Origin: an uncultured Planctomycetaceae bacterium
GTDB lineage: Bacteria; Planctomycetota; Planctomycetia; Planctomycetales; Planctomycetaceae
Direction of reading: 5' to 3'
Length of the DNA: 64,000 nucleotides
Assembly: GCA_963815195.1 (NCBI GenBank)
Contig: CAWFGE010000017.1
Location: forward strand, 160,001-224,000
Shown here: in pieces, positions 1-10,400 of the stretch
Position numbering within the stretch: the stretch's first letter is position 1
How the letters are laid out: every line of letters begins with the position of its first letter
Notes under the pieces: model-generated
The model's input: the letters and a program-made list of their open reading frames with translations, nothing else
The model's database searches: none
Told to the model about the DNA's origin: nothing
Translations under genes and position numbers: made by a program

Positions 1-11
1 GCAAAGGCCAC

Positions 12-66
12 AAAGTGGTGGATTCTAAAAGTTGGTGGATTCCCAAAGTTGGTGGATTCCCCAAAA
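12..66. repeat. Short tandem repeat, about 3 copies of a ~17-nt unit (aaagttggtggattccc)
   Basis: Read directly: aaagtggtggattct / aaaagttggtggattccc / aaagttggtggattcccc. No spacers. Confidence 0.8.
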
Positions 67-95
67 GTCGAATGCCTCGATTGCAAAGGTTTTGT

Positions 96-132
96 CCCCT
101 CTCCCCTTGGGGGAGAGGGTTAGGGTGAGGGG
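96..132. repeat. REP-like palindromic element (CCCTCTCCC..GGGAGAGGG type)
   Basis: cccctctccccttgggggagagggttagggtgagggg. A degenerate related copy lies at 62182-62205. Confidence 0.75.
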
Positions 133-240
133 CGGAAGGTGAGAGTCTTTACAAATTCAATTTCGACGCCACAAACTCGCCCGCATCCATCCCTCCATGT
201 CTCTTTTTTTGATCGAATCCTTTCCCCCAGGAATAACGCG

Positions 241-1083
241 ATGCCCAAAATTACCGTTCACCTTGCACTTGCCCTGGCAATGGCCGGCGTCAGCCTGGGC
301 GAAGCGATCCCCGTGAATGCTCAAGACAGCGATGTGGGCGAAGTCACCATCACCGACTCCCGCCCGGAGCCGATCACGGAATCGGAACCCTTGCCCATCC
401 CCGGCGAGGGAACCGCGGAGCAATCGCCCGCCGGCATGGCGGATTATGCTCCCTATGCCCTGGCGAATTATGGCGGCCAAGGTTCCCCCCCAATGCCGGG
501 CGGCGGCACGCCGATTCACGACAAGCACTGGTACGGCTACGTCAATCAGGGCCCGTGGATGCGGCCGATTCGCCGGCCGCTTTACCGTGTTCCGGTGCAA
601 TACGCCCGCTACTGGCCGAGCTCGTATTACACGGGAGGCTATAGTCCCGCCGCCCGTTACGCCCAGCCGCTGCCGATGGTCTATCAACCCACGGACACGA
701 CGCAGTTGGGCTTTTATCATCAGCGCGTCCCGCAATGGCAGCCGCGCCCCGATGCGATCCCCGGACCGCCCTGGCCTCCCGCCTGGCATTACGCGATCCC
801 GGTCCGCTACGGGACCTATCGCTATCCCTGGGGGCAGCGGCCAGGCATGGATGGCTACGCCGGCTCTGGTGGATGGAATAATCACGGCCTCGGCGGCCCG
901 GCCAACGATCCCAATGGCATCGCAGGCATGCCCTATGGCGCCGCCATGCCCTATGCGACCGACATGTCCGGGACGATGTCCGAGGGCGGTTCGCAAATCA
1001 TCGAATCCTCGCCCGCAACCGACGGCGGCACCAGCGGAATCATCGAAGCCCCCAACCCGCTGCCCACCGACGCCGGCAACTGA
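241..1083 (+). CDS. Secreted Pro/Gly/Tyr-rich hypothetical protein
   Basis: ATG at 241 gives a signal peptide (MPKITVHLALALAMAGVSLGEAIPVNA-QD). Aromatic/Pro-rich core (PLPMVYQPTDTTQLGFYHQRVPQWQP). Followed by a terminator. Confidence 0.75.
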   Translation: MPKITVHLALALAMAGVSLGEAIPVNAQDSDVGEVTITDSRPEPITESEPLPIPGEGTAEQSPAGMADYAPYALANYGGQGSPPMPGGGTPIHDKHWYGYVNQGPWMRPIRRPLYRVPVQYARYWPSSYYTGGYSPAARYAQPLPMVYQPTDTTQLGFYHQRVPQWQPRPDAIPGPPWPPAWHYAIPVRYGTYRYPWGQRPGMDGYAGSGGWNNHGLGGPANDPNGIAGMPYGAAMPYATDMSGTMSEGGSQIIESSPATDGGTSGIIEAPNPLPTDAGN

Positions 1084-1172
1084 CGGCCGTGCGCGGGCAT
1101 TGACGGGCGCGAGATTGGAATCTATAGTTTCCCTGTCAGTGATTACGAATGTCACTCATCCGAGCAACGACT

Positions 1173-1215
1173 GCCCTTTTGGTTCCCCCGTGCGAACCAA
1201 GAGGGCGTTTTTTTT
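1173..1215 (+). terminator. Intrinsic terminator
   Basis: gcccttttggttc...gaaccaagagggc stem followed by a T-run. Confidence 0.75.
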
Positions 1216-1277
1216 GCCTGACGGCGCGAGTGACGGAACGATTCCGCGGTTTTTAAGCGGGCTGTTGGGGAATTCCT

Positions 1278-2861
1278 ATGTTGTACCGATGGTTGGCGGC
1301 AATTTTTGTGTCGGCGGCGTTTTTGGTTCCGGGGCCGGCGCGTGGCGAAGACTGCGTCCGCGTCGAAGCCTTCGTCCGCGGGGACTCGGCTCAGAGCCAA
1401 AAGGCGGTGAAATTCCTGAGTGCCTTGAAGAGCCGTTGGCCGGGGTTGGCGGTGCAGATTTCGGATGTCCAAAAGGACAAGGACGCACTGCTCCGGGCGC
1501 ACCAGCTTCTCCAGCAATACCAGATCAAAACGCCGGGGGTGCCCATTGTTCATGCTGCGGGCCAATTGCTTGTCGGCTACCGGGATGACGCCAGCACCGG
1601 CCAACAGATCGAGGACATGCTGACGATCCACGCCTACACCCGCGAAGGCTGTCCGCACTGCGCCAAGGCGAAACGGTTCCTGGCGAAGATGAAACAGAAA
1701 TACCCCGGCTTTCACATCCAGATTCACGAAATCACTCGCGATCCGAACGCCCTCGCGGAACTTCAAGACCTGACTCGGCGGCACAACATGCTCGCCACCA
1801 GCGTGCCGGTGCTGTATTTCTGCGGGCAGATTATGGTCGGCTATGACGAGGACGAGACGACCGGCGTCCGCATCGAGGATCGGCTGCGGGAGAACTGCGT
1901 CCGCTGCGAAGACGGTCCTCCGCTTCGAGGGGCTTCCGACCGCGGAGTGATGACGATGGCGTCCTACAATTCCCGCACGGAAACCGGGTCCGAAGATGCC
2001 CAACCCGAAACGGAACCGGGAAACGACGAACCCTCTTTGGAGGAAGTCCCGCTGACGGAATTGCCCGAAGCGGACAACAGCGGCCCCACCGTGGCGACCG
2101 CCCCGAAAGAAGAACGCCCCCACGAAATCGAACTCCCCTGGTTCGGGACAGTGAGCGCGGAGGCCATCGGCATGCCCTTGTTCACAATCGCCGTGGGCCT
2201 GGTGGACGGCTTCAATCCGTGCGCGATGTGGGTGCTGCTGTTTTTGTTGTCGGTGCTCGTCAATCTGCACGACCGCTGGAAAATCCTCGCGGTCGCGGGC
2301 ACGTTCGTCGTGATCAGCGGTTTGGCCTATTTTGCCTTCATGGCGGCCTGGCTCAACGTGTTTTTGTTCGTGGGCTATCTGCGGGCGGTGCAGATTGCGT
2401 TGGGGGTGTTGGCGTTATTTGTGGGGAGCGTGCACGTCAAGGATTTCTTTGCGTTTCACCAGGGCGTCTCGTTGTCCATTCCCGACTCGGCGAAACCCGG
2501 CATCTATGCGCGCGTGCGCGGGATCGTGACCGCCCAGCATTTGTGGGGCGCCTTGATCGGAGCCTCCGTCCTCGCGGTGCTGGTGAACATCATCGAACTG
2601 CTGTGCACGGCCGGTTTGCCGGCGCTTTACACTCAAATCCTCATGCTGCAGAAGCTGCCCGCGTGGGAGAACTATCTCTACCTGGCATTGTACAACGTGG
2701 CCTATATGTTCGACGATTCGGTGATGGTCGCCGTCGTGGTCGTCACGTTGGGGCGGCGCAAGCTCCAACAGCAGCAAGGCCGCTGGCTCAAGCTTGTCAG
2801 CGGGCTTGTGATCGTGCTGCTCGGCCTGGTGTTGTTGTTCAAACCGGCATGGCTGATTTAG
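1278..2861 (+). CDS. Glutaredoxin/NrdH-redoxin domains fused to a DsbD/CcdA-like transmembrane domain
   Basis: Signal peptide, two Grx-like domains (the second with CPHC), and a C-terminal multi-TM region with GFNPCAMWVL and ELLCTAG cysteines. Confidence 0.8.
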   Translation: MLYRWLAAIFVSAAFLVPGPARGEDCVRVEAFVRGDSAQSQKAVKFLSALKSRWPGLAVQISDVQKDKDALLRAHQLLQQYQIKTPGVPIVHAAGQLLVGYRDDASTGQQIEDMLTIHAYTREGCPHCAKAKRFLAKMKQKYPGFHIQIHEITRDPNALAELQDLTRRHNMLATSVPVLYFCGQIMVGYDEDETTGVRIEDRLRENCVRCEDGPPLRGASDRGVMTMASYNSRTETGSEDAQPETEPGNDEPSLEEVPLTELPEADNSGPTVATAPKEERPHEIELPWFGTVSAEAIGMPLFTIAVGLVDGFNPCAMWVLLFLLSVLVNLHDRWKILAVAGTFVVISGLAYFAFMAAWLNVFLFVGYLRAVQIALGVLALFVGSVHVKDFFAFHQGVSLSIPDSAKPGIYARVRGIVTAQHLWGALIGASVLAVLVNIIELLCTAGLPALYTQILMLQKLPAWENYLYLALYNVAYMFDDSVMVAVVVVTLGRRKLQQQQGRWLKLVSGLVIVLLGLVLLFKPAWLI

Positions 2862-2871
2862 TTCCCGCGGT

Positions 2872-4444
2872 TTACATCGGCGCGGCGGGGTTGGATTCCG
2901 GCGCGGAACTCGGCGCGGCTTCTTCTTCCGGTTGCTCCAGGCGGACGAGGAGCCAGTTTTCGGTCTTTTCCTTGCCGAAGTGCACCAGCAGCGGGGCCTC
3001 GTTTTGGGTGAGGTTGTAAAGCCCGGTTTCCGCGACGATGTCTTCGCTGTCGCCGATCCGGAACGCAACCCGCTGCGTGTCCTTGTCCACCTGGCCTTGC
3101 ACCGTTTGGGCTTCGTCGGTTTCGGTGTTGTAGAGCGTTCCGCTGACGACCCCCTGCCGATCCACGGCCAGTTGAATGATCCGCGTGGGATTTACGTCCT
3201 TCTCGTTCGCCGAAACGCCGAACGTGCCCAGGGGCATCCATTCCGCTTGCTCGGCGGCTTCCTGGTTGGGTGGCGGCGCGACGGTGGCGAGTGCCGCGGC
3301 GGATTGGGCGAACTCGTCCGCGGTCGCGACGGGTTGGTTGTCGATATAAACCATGCTGTTCTGATAGACCACGTTTCCGCCGGGGCCGTAATCGTAGTAA
3401 ACCGGCTGCGTCCAGACGCCTGCGGGCGCGGTCCAGGCGAACCAATTCGTCAGGCCGACGAACGTGGGCACGCCCCACCAATAGGTCCACGGGTAGCGGT
3501 TGAACCGATAGCCGTAATGCCAGCCAGAGAGCGCGTGGGGATGCCGGTTCCACCAGTTGTTGTTGAACCAGCCGTAGCGGGCGTAATTCCCCCAGTGGCT
3601 CCGCACGCCGTTGCCCCAGCCGTGCCAATACGCGGTGCGGGCGGGGAACCGGGTGTTCCAGTTGCGCAGGCCGCCCAACTGGTTCTGCCAGCGGGTGTTG
3701 ATGGAGTTGACGCGGTTGTTATTGATGTTGACCCACGTCGGCCGGTTGTTGATCACGCGGTTGCCGGCATTGACGTTTCCGAGATTGATGGGCCGATTGA
3801 TCCCGGCGTTCACGCGGTTGCCGGCATTCACGCGATTTCCGAAGCGGTTCTGGTCGATCACGCCGGGCCGGGTGCCGGGGGCGATGGGGCGGTCCATGCC
3901 TAAAAAGTCGCCCAAACCGCCCGGCGTCGGGCGATTGCCGGCCGGCCGGTTGCCGCCGATGTTGGAGAAGTTCGGCCGCGAGTCGCCGCCCAAATGGGGC
4001 ACGCTGGGACGCGTGGCGGGCAGCGTGGTCGGGCGATTGCCCGGGCGGGAGACGTAGGGATTGTCCATCACCTGGGATCGCGAAATGTTGGAGCGAGAGG
4101 ATTCCGCAGGCCGAAAGCCTCCCCCGCTGGAGAATTGCGTACGGGACCCGGACGGCCGGCTCACCGCGGAGGGCCGATTGAATTCTCCTCCGCTGAATTG
4201 CGGCCGGGAGATCGACCTCGATCCGCCCAGGTTGGAAACGCTGGGACGGGATTGAATCTGGGACCCGCTGAAAGAGCGCCCGCCACCCGGGTTCATCTGC
4301 GCCTCCGCCGCCAGCGCGGAATCCGCCGCCACCGCCGCGAAATCCACCACCGCCGCCGCCGCCGCGAAATCCCCAGCCATAGGCATTCGGTCCGGCCGAG
4401 AGGATTCCCAACAACACCACGACACTTAGAAGCTTGATTTTCAT
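2872..4444 (-). CDS. Planctomycete 'protocadherin-like' secreted low-complexity protein (apparent frameshift ~4300)
   Basis: Signal peptide and GGFRGG repeats in ORF 3719-4444 join ORF 2872-4425 (NRVNAG repeats, W/Y-rich region, C-terminal EWMPLGTF...QLAVDRQG...ETGLYNLT domain). Confidence 0.7.
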
Positions 4445-4460
4445 GGTTGGTCTCCGTCGT

Positions 4461-5417
4461 TCAATTGTTGGGCGTTTTTTTGGGGTCAGTTTCGCTCTGA
4501 GGTGTTTCCTCCGCGGCGCGGACCATCGTCACGGGTTCGCTGGCCGGTTGCGGGGTGCCCTCGATGGCATGGCCGATCAACTGCAAGCCGAGGGTGTCGT
4601 CGCCGGTTTTTGTCAGCACATAAGTTCCCGAAGCGGCCCGTCCGTCGGCCAGGGTTTGCGCGGATTTGATCAGCCAATCGCTTCCGTTTTTGGACCAGAT
4701 TCCTTCGCCGAAGGAACCGTCCGCGTTAAAGACCCACGAGCGGATGTGCCGGGCCCGCGGGTCCCAACCGATGATCTGTGTGCCTTCCTGGGCCGCCCCC
4801 GCGTCGGTGTGCACCGTGAAGGACCTGAGCAGAAAATTCTTGTTGGCGGACCAGCGGACGGCCGTTTCCACACGGGCGGTCTTGGCGTCATCGATCCAGC
4901 GGCCGACGAACCATTCCAAATCTTGGAGGGCCTCGTGGGCGGTTTGAGGTTCCGGAACGGCCGACTCTTCCAGGGACGCAATTTGCCAGCGACCGGCGTT
5001 CTGGACGAGAATCGCCGAGAACAAGGCCGCCTGCGGTTCGTGGGTGGGGCTGCTCATCACGGTTTGTCCCTCAACGTGGGCCACGTTGCCCGTGATGTAT
5101 TTGATGCGATCCACGGTGCCGGCCAGCTTCTGCTTCGGTTGTTTGGCAAACGCCGACTTCAAATCGGACGCGAGGGCGTCGCGGCCTTCGATTCGCTCGC
5201 CGGTGTCGCGGGCCAGATAACTGCAATCCTCGGCCCACGCCTGGGCCGCCTTGTCCAGGTCCTTTTTATTGAAGGCCTCTGCGTAGGATTTCACGAACGC
5301 CTTGACCGTCTCGTCGCGCGGATCGGTTTTCGGCTGCGAGGTCTGTGCGTTCGCGCGGGGAAGGGTTCCGCCGAGAATCATTATTGGGAGGAGCGTGAGT
5401 CCAAGGAGTCGAAACAT
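4461..5417 (-). CDS. SgcJ/EcaC (SnoaL/NTF2-like, DUF4440) family secreted protein
   Basis: Signal peptide from ATG 5417. N-terminal NTF2-like domain (YAEAFNKKD...W..D...GR; GRWQI) plus a second domain (LQDLEWFVGRW, IIGWDP, F..DGSFGEG). Confidence 0.75.
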   Translation of the reverse strand: MFRLLGLTLLPIMILGGTLPRANAQTSQPKTDPRDETVKAFVKSYAEAFNKKDLDKAAQAWAEDCSYLARDTGERIEGRDALASDLKSAFAKQPKQKLAGTVDRIKYITGNVAHVEGQTVMSSPTHEPQAALFSAILVQNAGRWQIASLEESAVPEPQTAHEALQDLEWFVGRWIDDAKTARVETAVRWSANKNFLLRSFTVHTDAGAAQEGTQIIGWDPRARHIRSWVFNADGSFGEGIWSKNGSDWLIKSAQTLADGRAASGTYVLTKTGDDTLGLQLIGHAIEGTPQPASEPVTMVRAAEETPQSETDPKKTPNN

Positions 5418-5566
5418 CGCAAGTCTTTCCTCAACAGAGTGAAGGTTCCCGGACCGAATCCAGACGGCCTGAGCCGAGATGGTGACGCAATTATAGCGGA
5501 ATCCACGCGGATGCCAGATGGGATTGCAAGGATTTTCTCCGACGGCAAATGAGGTGGAAAAACGTT

Positions 5567-5596
5567 TTGACAACCGGCCTGGTTCCGTGTTAAAGT
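5567..5596 (+). promoter_or_regulatory. Sigma70-type promoter candidate
   Basis: TTGACA at 5567-5572 and an extended -10 TGt-TAAAGT at 5588-5596. Confidence 0.5.
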
Positions 5597-5644
5597 CAAT
5601 CATCAACCTCTGCTAATGATGGCGGATGGGTTTGTGGCACTGTT

Positions 5645-5681
5645 GCCTTTCGCTGCCCAAGCGGTAACGAGGGGCTTTTTT
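5645..5681 (+). terminator. Terminator-like hairpin in a 5' leader
   Basis: gcctttcg...cgaggggc followed by a T-run, upstream of the ORF at 5744. Confidence 0.55.
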
Positions 5682-5743
5682 CGTTTTGATGCCCCGCGTT
5701 TTGTTCCCGCCCGTTTCACCCCGCCCCGTTCAGGAGTCACACC

Positions 5744-6084
5744 ATGTCCCCCGCCGACCGCGCCCTGCGCATGTGTATTTTCGGGACATCGAGGCGTGTC
5801 CTTTCGCCCGCACGTGCGGGTATGCGAGATTCTGCGTGTACCGGGGACAGAACGCCCACCGCCACGCCAACCGGGTGCGGGAGATTCAAGCCGTGGCCTT
5901 CACCGCGGTGCAAGCGATGCTGGGAGTGTTGCTGTTTGTGATCGGGGCGGCGCTGTCCTTGACATTGTTTTTGGTTCCCGTTGGGCTGCTTTTGGCCTTG
6001 TTGGGAATCGTGCTGTTGACCTACCGGGCCGCGGGTGCGGGGGGGTTCTTCAAAAGAAAAGAACCGCCCGACGGCGGAACGTGA
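5744..6084 (+). CDS. Small membrane protein with a Cys-containing N-terminus (probable frameshift ~5770)
   Basis: AGGAG RBS before ATG 5744. The frame shifts into ORF 5686-6084, which has CPFARTC..FC and two hydrophobic helices. Confidence 0.5.
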
Positions 6085-6292
6085 CAAACAAGGCGGGCGG
6101 TTTGGCGAAACTTTGCGGGGGGTCCAAAGCGGCCTTGCGGATCGTACCGGGAATCTCCTGATCAAACGGGTCCGCTGGGGAGCCTCCTGACGATCATCTT
6201 CTTGTATCACCCTGAAACGTCCACACCTTTTCGGTGGGAATCGCCTGGGAAAGGTGTGGCGTTTTTCGGTGAGCGTGCATCCAACCACCCAG

Positions 6293-6333
6293 AAAAACGC
6301 CGCATTTCCACCCCAGGGGATGCGGCGTTTTTT
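6293..6333. terminator. Bidirectional terminator between convergent genes
   Basis: aaaaacgccgcat...atgcggcgttttt inverted repeat. Confidence 0.75.
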
Positions 6334-6363
6334 GGTGGGAGGGAGACTTTCGGCTTCGGGGAA

Positions 6364-7152
6364 TCAGGCTGCGTTCTCGTGGAGTTGGATCATCGTGAAC
6401 GTCCCGCCCTTGGGGTCCGAGACGACCGCCACCCGGCCCACGGGGATTTCAAAAATCGGCACACAGGTGTTGCCGCCCGCTTCCCCCAACCGGTTTACGC
6501 TCTGGTCGATGTCGTCCACGGAAAAATACACCATCCAATGCGGCGGAGCCTGGCCCCAGCGGTCGTCCATCTGGATGATCCCGCCGATTTTGCGGTCTTG
6601 GTTGACGATGTGGGCATAAGGCAACTCGGAACCGGGATTGGCTTCATATTCCCAACCCAAGAGATTCCCGAAGAACGACTTGGCGGAGTCCAGGTCGCGG
6701 GTCGCCAGTTCGTTCCAGCAGAACGTGCCGGGCACGTTGACGAGGTCCGCCCCGTGGTGCTGGTTCTTTTGCCAAAGCCCCACGATGCCGCCCGTCGGAT
6801 CCTGGAGGAACGACATCCAGCCGTGGTCCATGATTTGCATAATAGGCATGGTCAATCGGCCGCCGAGTTCCGCCGCTTGCTTCGCGGTAGCGTCCAGGTT
6901 GTCCACGTTGATGTAACTGCTCCACATCGGCGGCAGGCCTTGGGACTTCATCTCCGCCGGCATCTGTCCCATTCCCGCCACCGTTTGCCCATCGAGTTCA
7001 AACTGGGCATAAGGCGGACCGCCTTGGGTGTCGAGGTCCTTCGTGGTCCAGCCGAACAGCGATTCGTAAAATTGCCGGTCCGCCGCCGTGTCGTGGGCCG
7101 CCAAGTCCACCCAACAAAACTCCCCGTGTGCAAAATCCCGCTGGTCGGACAT
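6364..7152 (-). CDS. VOC-family (glyoxalase/bleomycin-resistance) protein, two domains
   Basis: GEFCWVDL...FYESLFGW, WSSYINVD, DPTGG, GTFCWNELAT...WMVYFSVD, DPKGG. Confidence 0.9.
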   Translation of the reverse strand: MSDQRDFAHGEFCWVDLAAHDTAADRQFYESLFGWTTKDLDTQGGPPYAQFELDGQTVAGMGQMPAEMKSQGLPPMWSSYINVDNLDATAKQAAELGGRLTMPIMQIMDHGWMSFLQDPTGGIVGLWQKNQHHGADLVNVPGTFCWNELATRDLDSAKSFFGNLLGWEYEANPGSELPYAHIVNQDRKIGGIIQMDDRWGQAPPHWMVYFSVDDIDQSVNRLGEAGGNTCVPIFEIPVGRVAVVSDPKGGTFTMIQLHENAA

Positions 7153-7450
7153 GTGGGATCCCCTCTGTGCCAAAAAGTGGAAAAAGAAAGATATATGTAC
7201 GTTAGTACAAATTGAGCTGGAATGCAAGAGTTTTTCTGGAAAACTTCACGAATGGGCGACGCGGAGGCATTGAACCCTTGAGAATCGATAAGAAATGGGA
7301 ACTTTCCCGCAAAGCCGAACGTCCATTTCCCGCGGGGATGCTACGCTTTGGCAGTTTCCCGCGGGGGCGAGTGGGCTCCCGTGCCAGCCGGCGGGCGTCT
7401 GCGTATCCTAGACCCTCACGAATCCGAGCGTTCAAACTGAGAGAGAGACC

Positions 7451-10400
7451 ATGTCCCGTTTTCCCCTGTTGTTGGTCTTGGCGATGAGTATTGGATTGAT
7501 GGCCCCCCATGCGGGCAAGGCGGAAGAGATCGGCTACATCGAGCGTTTCGCGCTGGCGGCGGACCGGGCCGAGGCCCTCAAGGAACTCGTTCCGGGGACC
7601 GAGGACTATTACTACTTCCACTGCCTCTCCTATCAAGAGACGGAGCAGTTCGCCAAGGTGCCGGCGATGCTGAAACTCTGGGTCGCCCGGCACGGCGAGA
7701 CAGCCCGCGTGCGGGAAATCGAAAACCGCCAGGCCCTGTTGACCTATCAAAAATCGCCCGAGGAAACGCTCGAGTTCTTGCGAAAGCGGTTGAACCTCAC
7801 GTTCAATCACCAGCGGGAACGCCTCGGCGAAAAACCGAACCTGCCCAACGTGCTCGATCAACAACGCATCTCGCGAAACGCCCTCGCCCAGCGGGCTTAT
7901 CATCCGCAGAACAACCTCTCGGGGTTTGAAGACCGGGCCTTCGATTGGCTCATCAAGGAGAACCTCAACCCCCAACGATTGCGGGCGCTGCTGTCGCGGT
8001 TGAATCGGCCCGATCACGCGAACCTGCCCAAGCTGATCGTCCAGGATCTCAAAGCCCCCTACAGCAGCGGGTTCGGCTCGCTGGGCATTCATCGGCAGTT
8101 GCTTTTGTCCCAGTTGGACGAGTGTTTGAAACTGTATCCCGATCTCAGGAACCAGACGAATTTCGTCAACACCTACCTCGTCAAGCTCCAGCCCAACCCC
8201 GATGTGGATTGGCGAAACAACCCCGACGAGAAAAAAGCCTACCTCGCCCGGTTGTGGGATTATGTAACGACGCTGGACCCGGTGCACAATTCGCTCAAGG
8301 CGCACGTGCTTTACCATCGGCTGGAGTTTGACCGCACCCAGGGCGTGTACGACAAGGACCGCTTTCTCACCTACCTCAAACTGCCCCGCCCGCTGCCTTA
8401 CATGGACCGCGACTATCTGAACCGCGACGAGAACCGCCGGTATCCCGTGAATCTCCAGGCGAATTACACCGGGATCACCTACTGGCCGCCCATCGGCAAT
8501 GATGAGCCGCTCGTCCGCGATTACCTCGCTCACTTCTTCCTGGAGGAAACCACCTGGAAGCCCTATGCGACCTACGTGAACGATCTGTACCTCAAGCATC
8601 TGTTCGCGGAGACCAAGATCGTCAATGGGTTAGGCGATGAGGAGCAATGGGCCTCGCTGTTGCCGCCGGAGTCGTTTCAGGCCCTCAAAGAGCGGATCGA
8701 TCTGGACTTTCTTCCGACCAATAAAAACCGCTTCGCCCCGGACGATGTCGTCAGCCTCGATCTCCACGTGAAGAACGCGAGCACGCTGATCGTGAAGGTC
8801 TTCGAGATCAACACCAAGTCCTACTTCCGCCAGAACCTGAAAGACATCACCACCGACGTCAATCTCGACGGCCTCGTGCCCAATTCGGAACAGACGCTGC
8901 GTTACGCGGAGTCTCCGCTCCGGCGGGTCCGCAGGCATTTTGAGTTCCCCAAGCTCACGGGGCGAGGCGTGTTTGTGATCGACTTCATCGGCAACGGCAA
9001 AAGCAGCCGGGTGCTCGTCCGCAAGGGGCGATTGCATTACCTCGCCCGCACCAGCGTCGCCGGGCAAGTGTTTACTGTCCTTAATGAGAAAAACCAGATC
9101 GTCCCCGATGCGAGCCTCTGGCTCAGCGGGCATGAATACAAAGCCGACGAAGACGGCGAGATCGCGGTGCCGTTTTCCAACCAGCCCGGCCAGCAGCCGA
9201 TCGTGCTGTGCAGCGGGGATTTCTGTTCCTTCGACCGCTTCGGGCAGAAAGCCGAGAGTTACGAACTGCGGGCCGGCTTTTACGTCGATCGCGAAGCGCT
9301 CATTAAACGCCGACTCGCCAAACTCTTGATCCGCCCGCAACTGTTGGTCGACGGCACCATTGCGCCCTTGAAACTCTTGGAGAACGCCCATCTGGAACTC
9401 GTCTCCACCGACCATGCGGGCGTCTCGACCACCAAAGTTTTCAGCGGCGAAGATCTCAAACTCGAGCACGGCGAAGACACCGTGATCGAGTTCCGCGTCC
9501 CCGATCGGCTCGCGAAATTGCAGTTCGCGTTGAAAGCCCAGGTGAAAAACCTCAGCCAGGGCAAAACCCAGGACCTCGCGGCGGGGGATCAGGTTACGCT
9601 CAACCAGATCGACGAGACCGACAAAACGGAACAACTCCTGTTGGCCCGCGTGAACGGCGAATATCTCGTGTCGCTGTTGGGCAAGACCGGCGAAGCGCTG
9701 CCCGAGCGGGCCGTGCAGTTTTCCCTCAAACACAAGGACTTTCGCCAGCCCCTCCCGGTATCGCTGGAAACCGATGTGCGCGGATTCGTGCGGCTCGGAT
9801 CGCTCCCGGGAATCGATCACGTCACCGCGACCAGTCCGGAAAATGTGCAACAGGCCTGGACGTTGATCGAAGACCAGCACACGCACCCGCAGGAACGCAA
9901 CGGCCAGGCGGGGCAGGCGATCGAAATTGCCTTGATGACCGCTCAGCCAAAACCCAGCCGCGATGAGTTGTCGCTGTTGGAACTCCGTGGCGGCACGTTC
10001 TACGCGGATCATTTTGAGAAGCTCTCGCTCGAAAACGGGATTCTCTCCGCCAAGGATCTGCCCCGCGGCGATTACGATTTGCTGCTCAAACCCACCGGCG
10101 AACACGTTCGCTTGAAGCTGACGGAAGGCGAGATTTCGCGGAATTGGGTGCTCGGCGAACATCGGCATCTGGAGATCAAGGACGCCCAACCTTTGCAGAT
10201 CGCCGGCGTCTCGCTCGGCGAGAAGACGCTCGATGTCCAACTGGAAAACGCCGGCAGCCTGGCCCGCGTGCACGTGTTCGCTACGCGGTATCAGCCCGCG
10301 TACTCGGCGTTTGGCGGATTCGCTCGAGTCCGGCCGTCGGAACCGGCGTCGATGATCGCCCCCAATGCCCTCTCATATTATGTCGAAGGCCGAAACATCG

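Noticed and set aside
12..66. Possible CRISPR array
   Set aside because: Repeats are ~17 nt, directly adjacent, with no spacers and no cas genes.
5600..5625. Fluoride riboswitch (aac...gctaatga resembles its 3' half)
   Set aside because: The 5' GATGG..TTC.CC stem and the terminal CTAC pseudoknot are absent.
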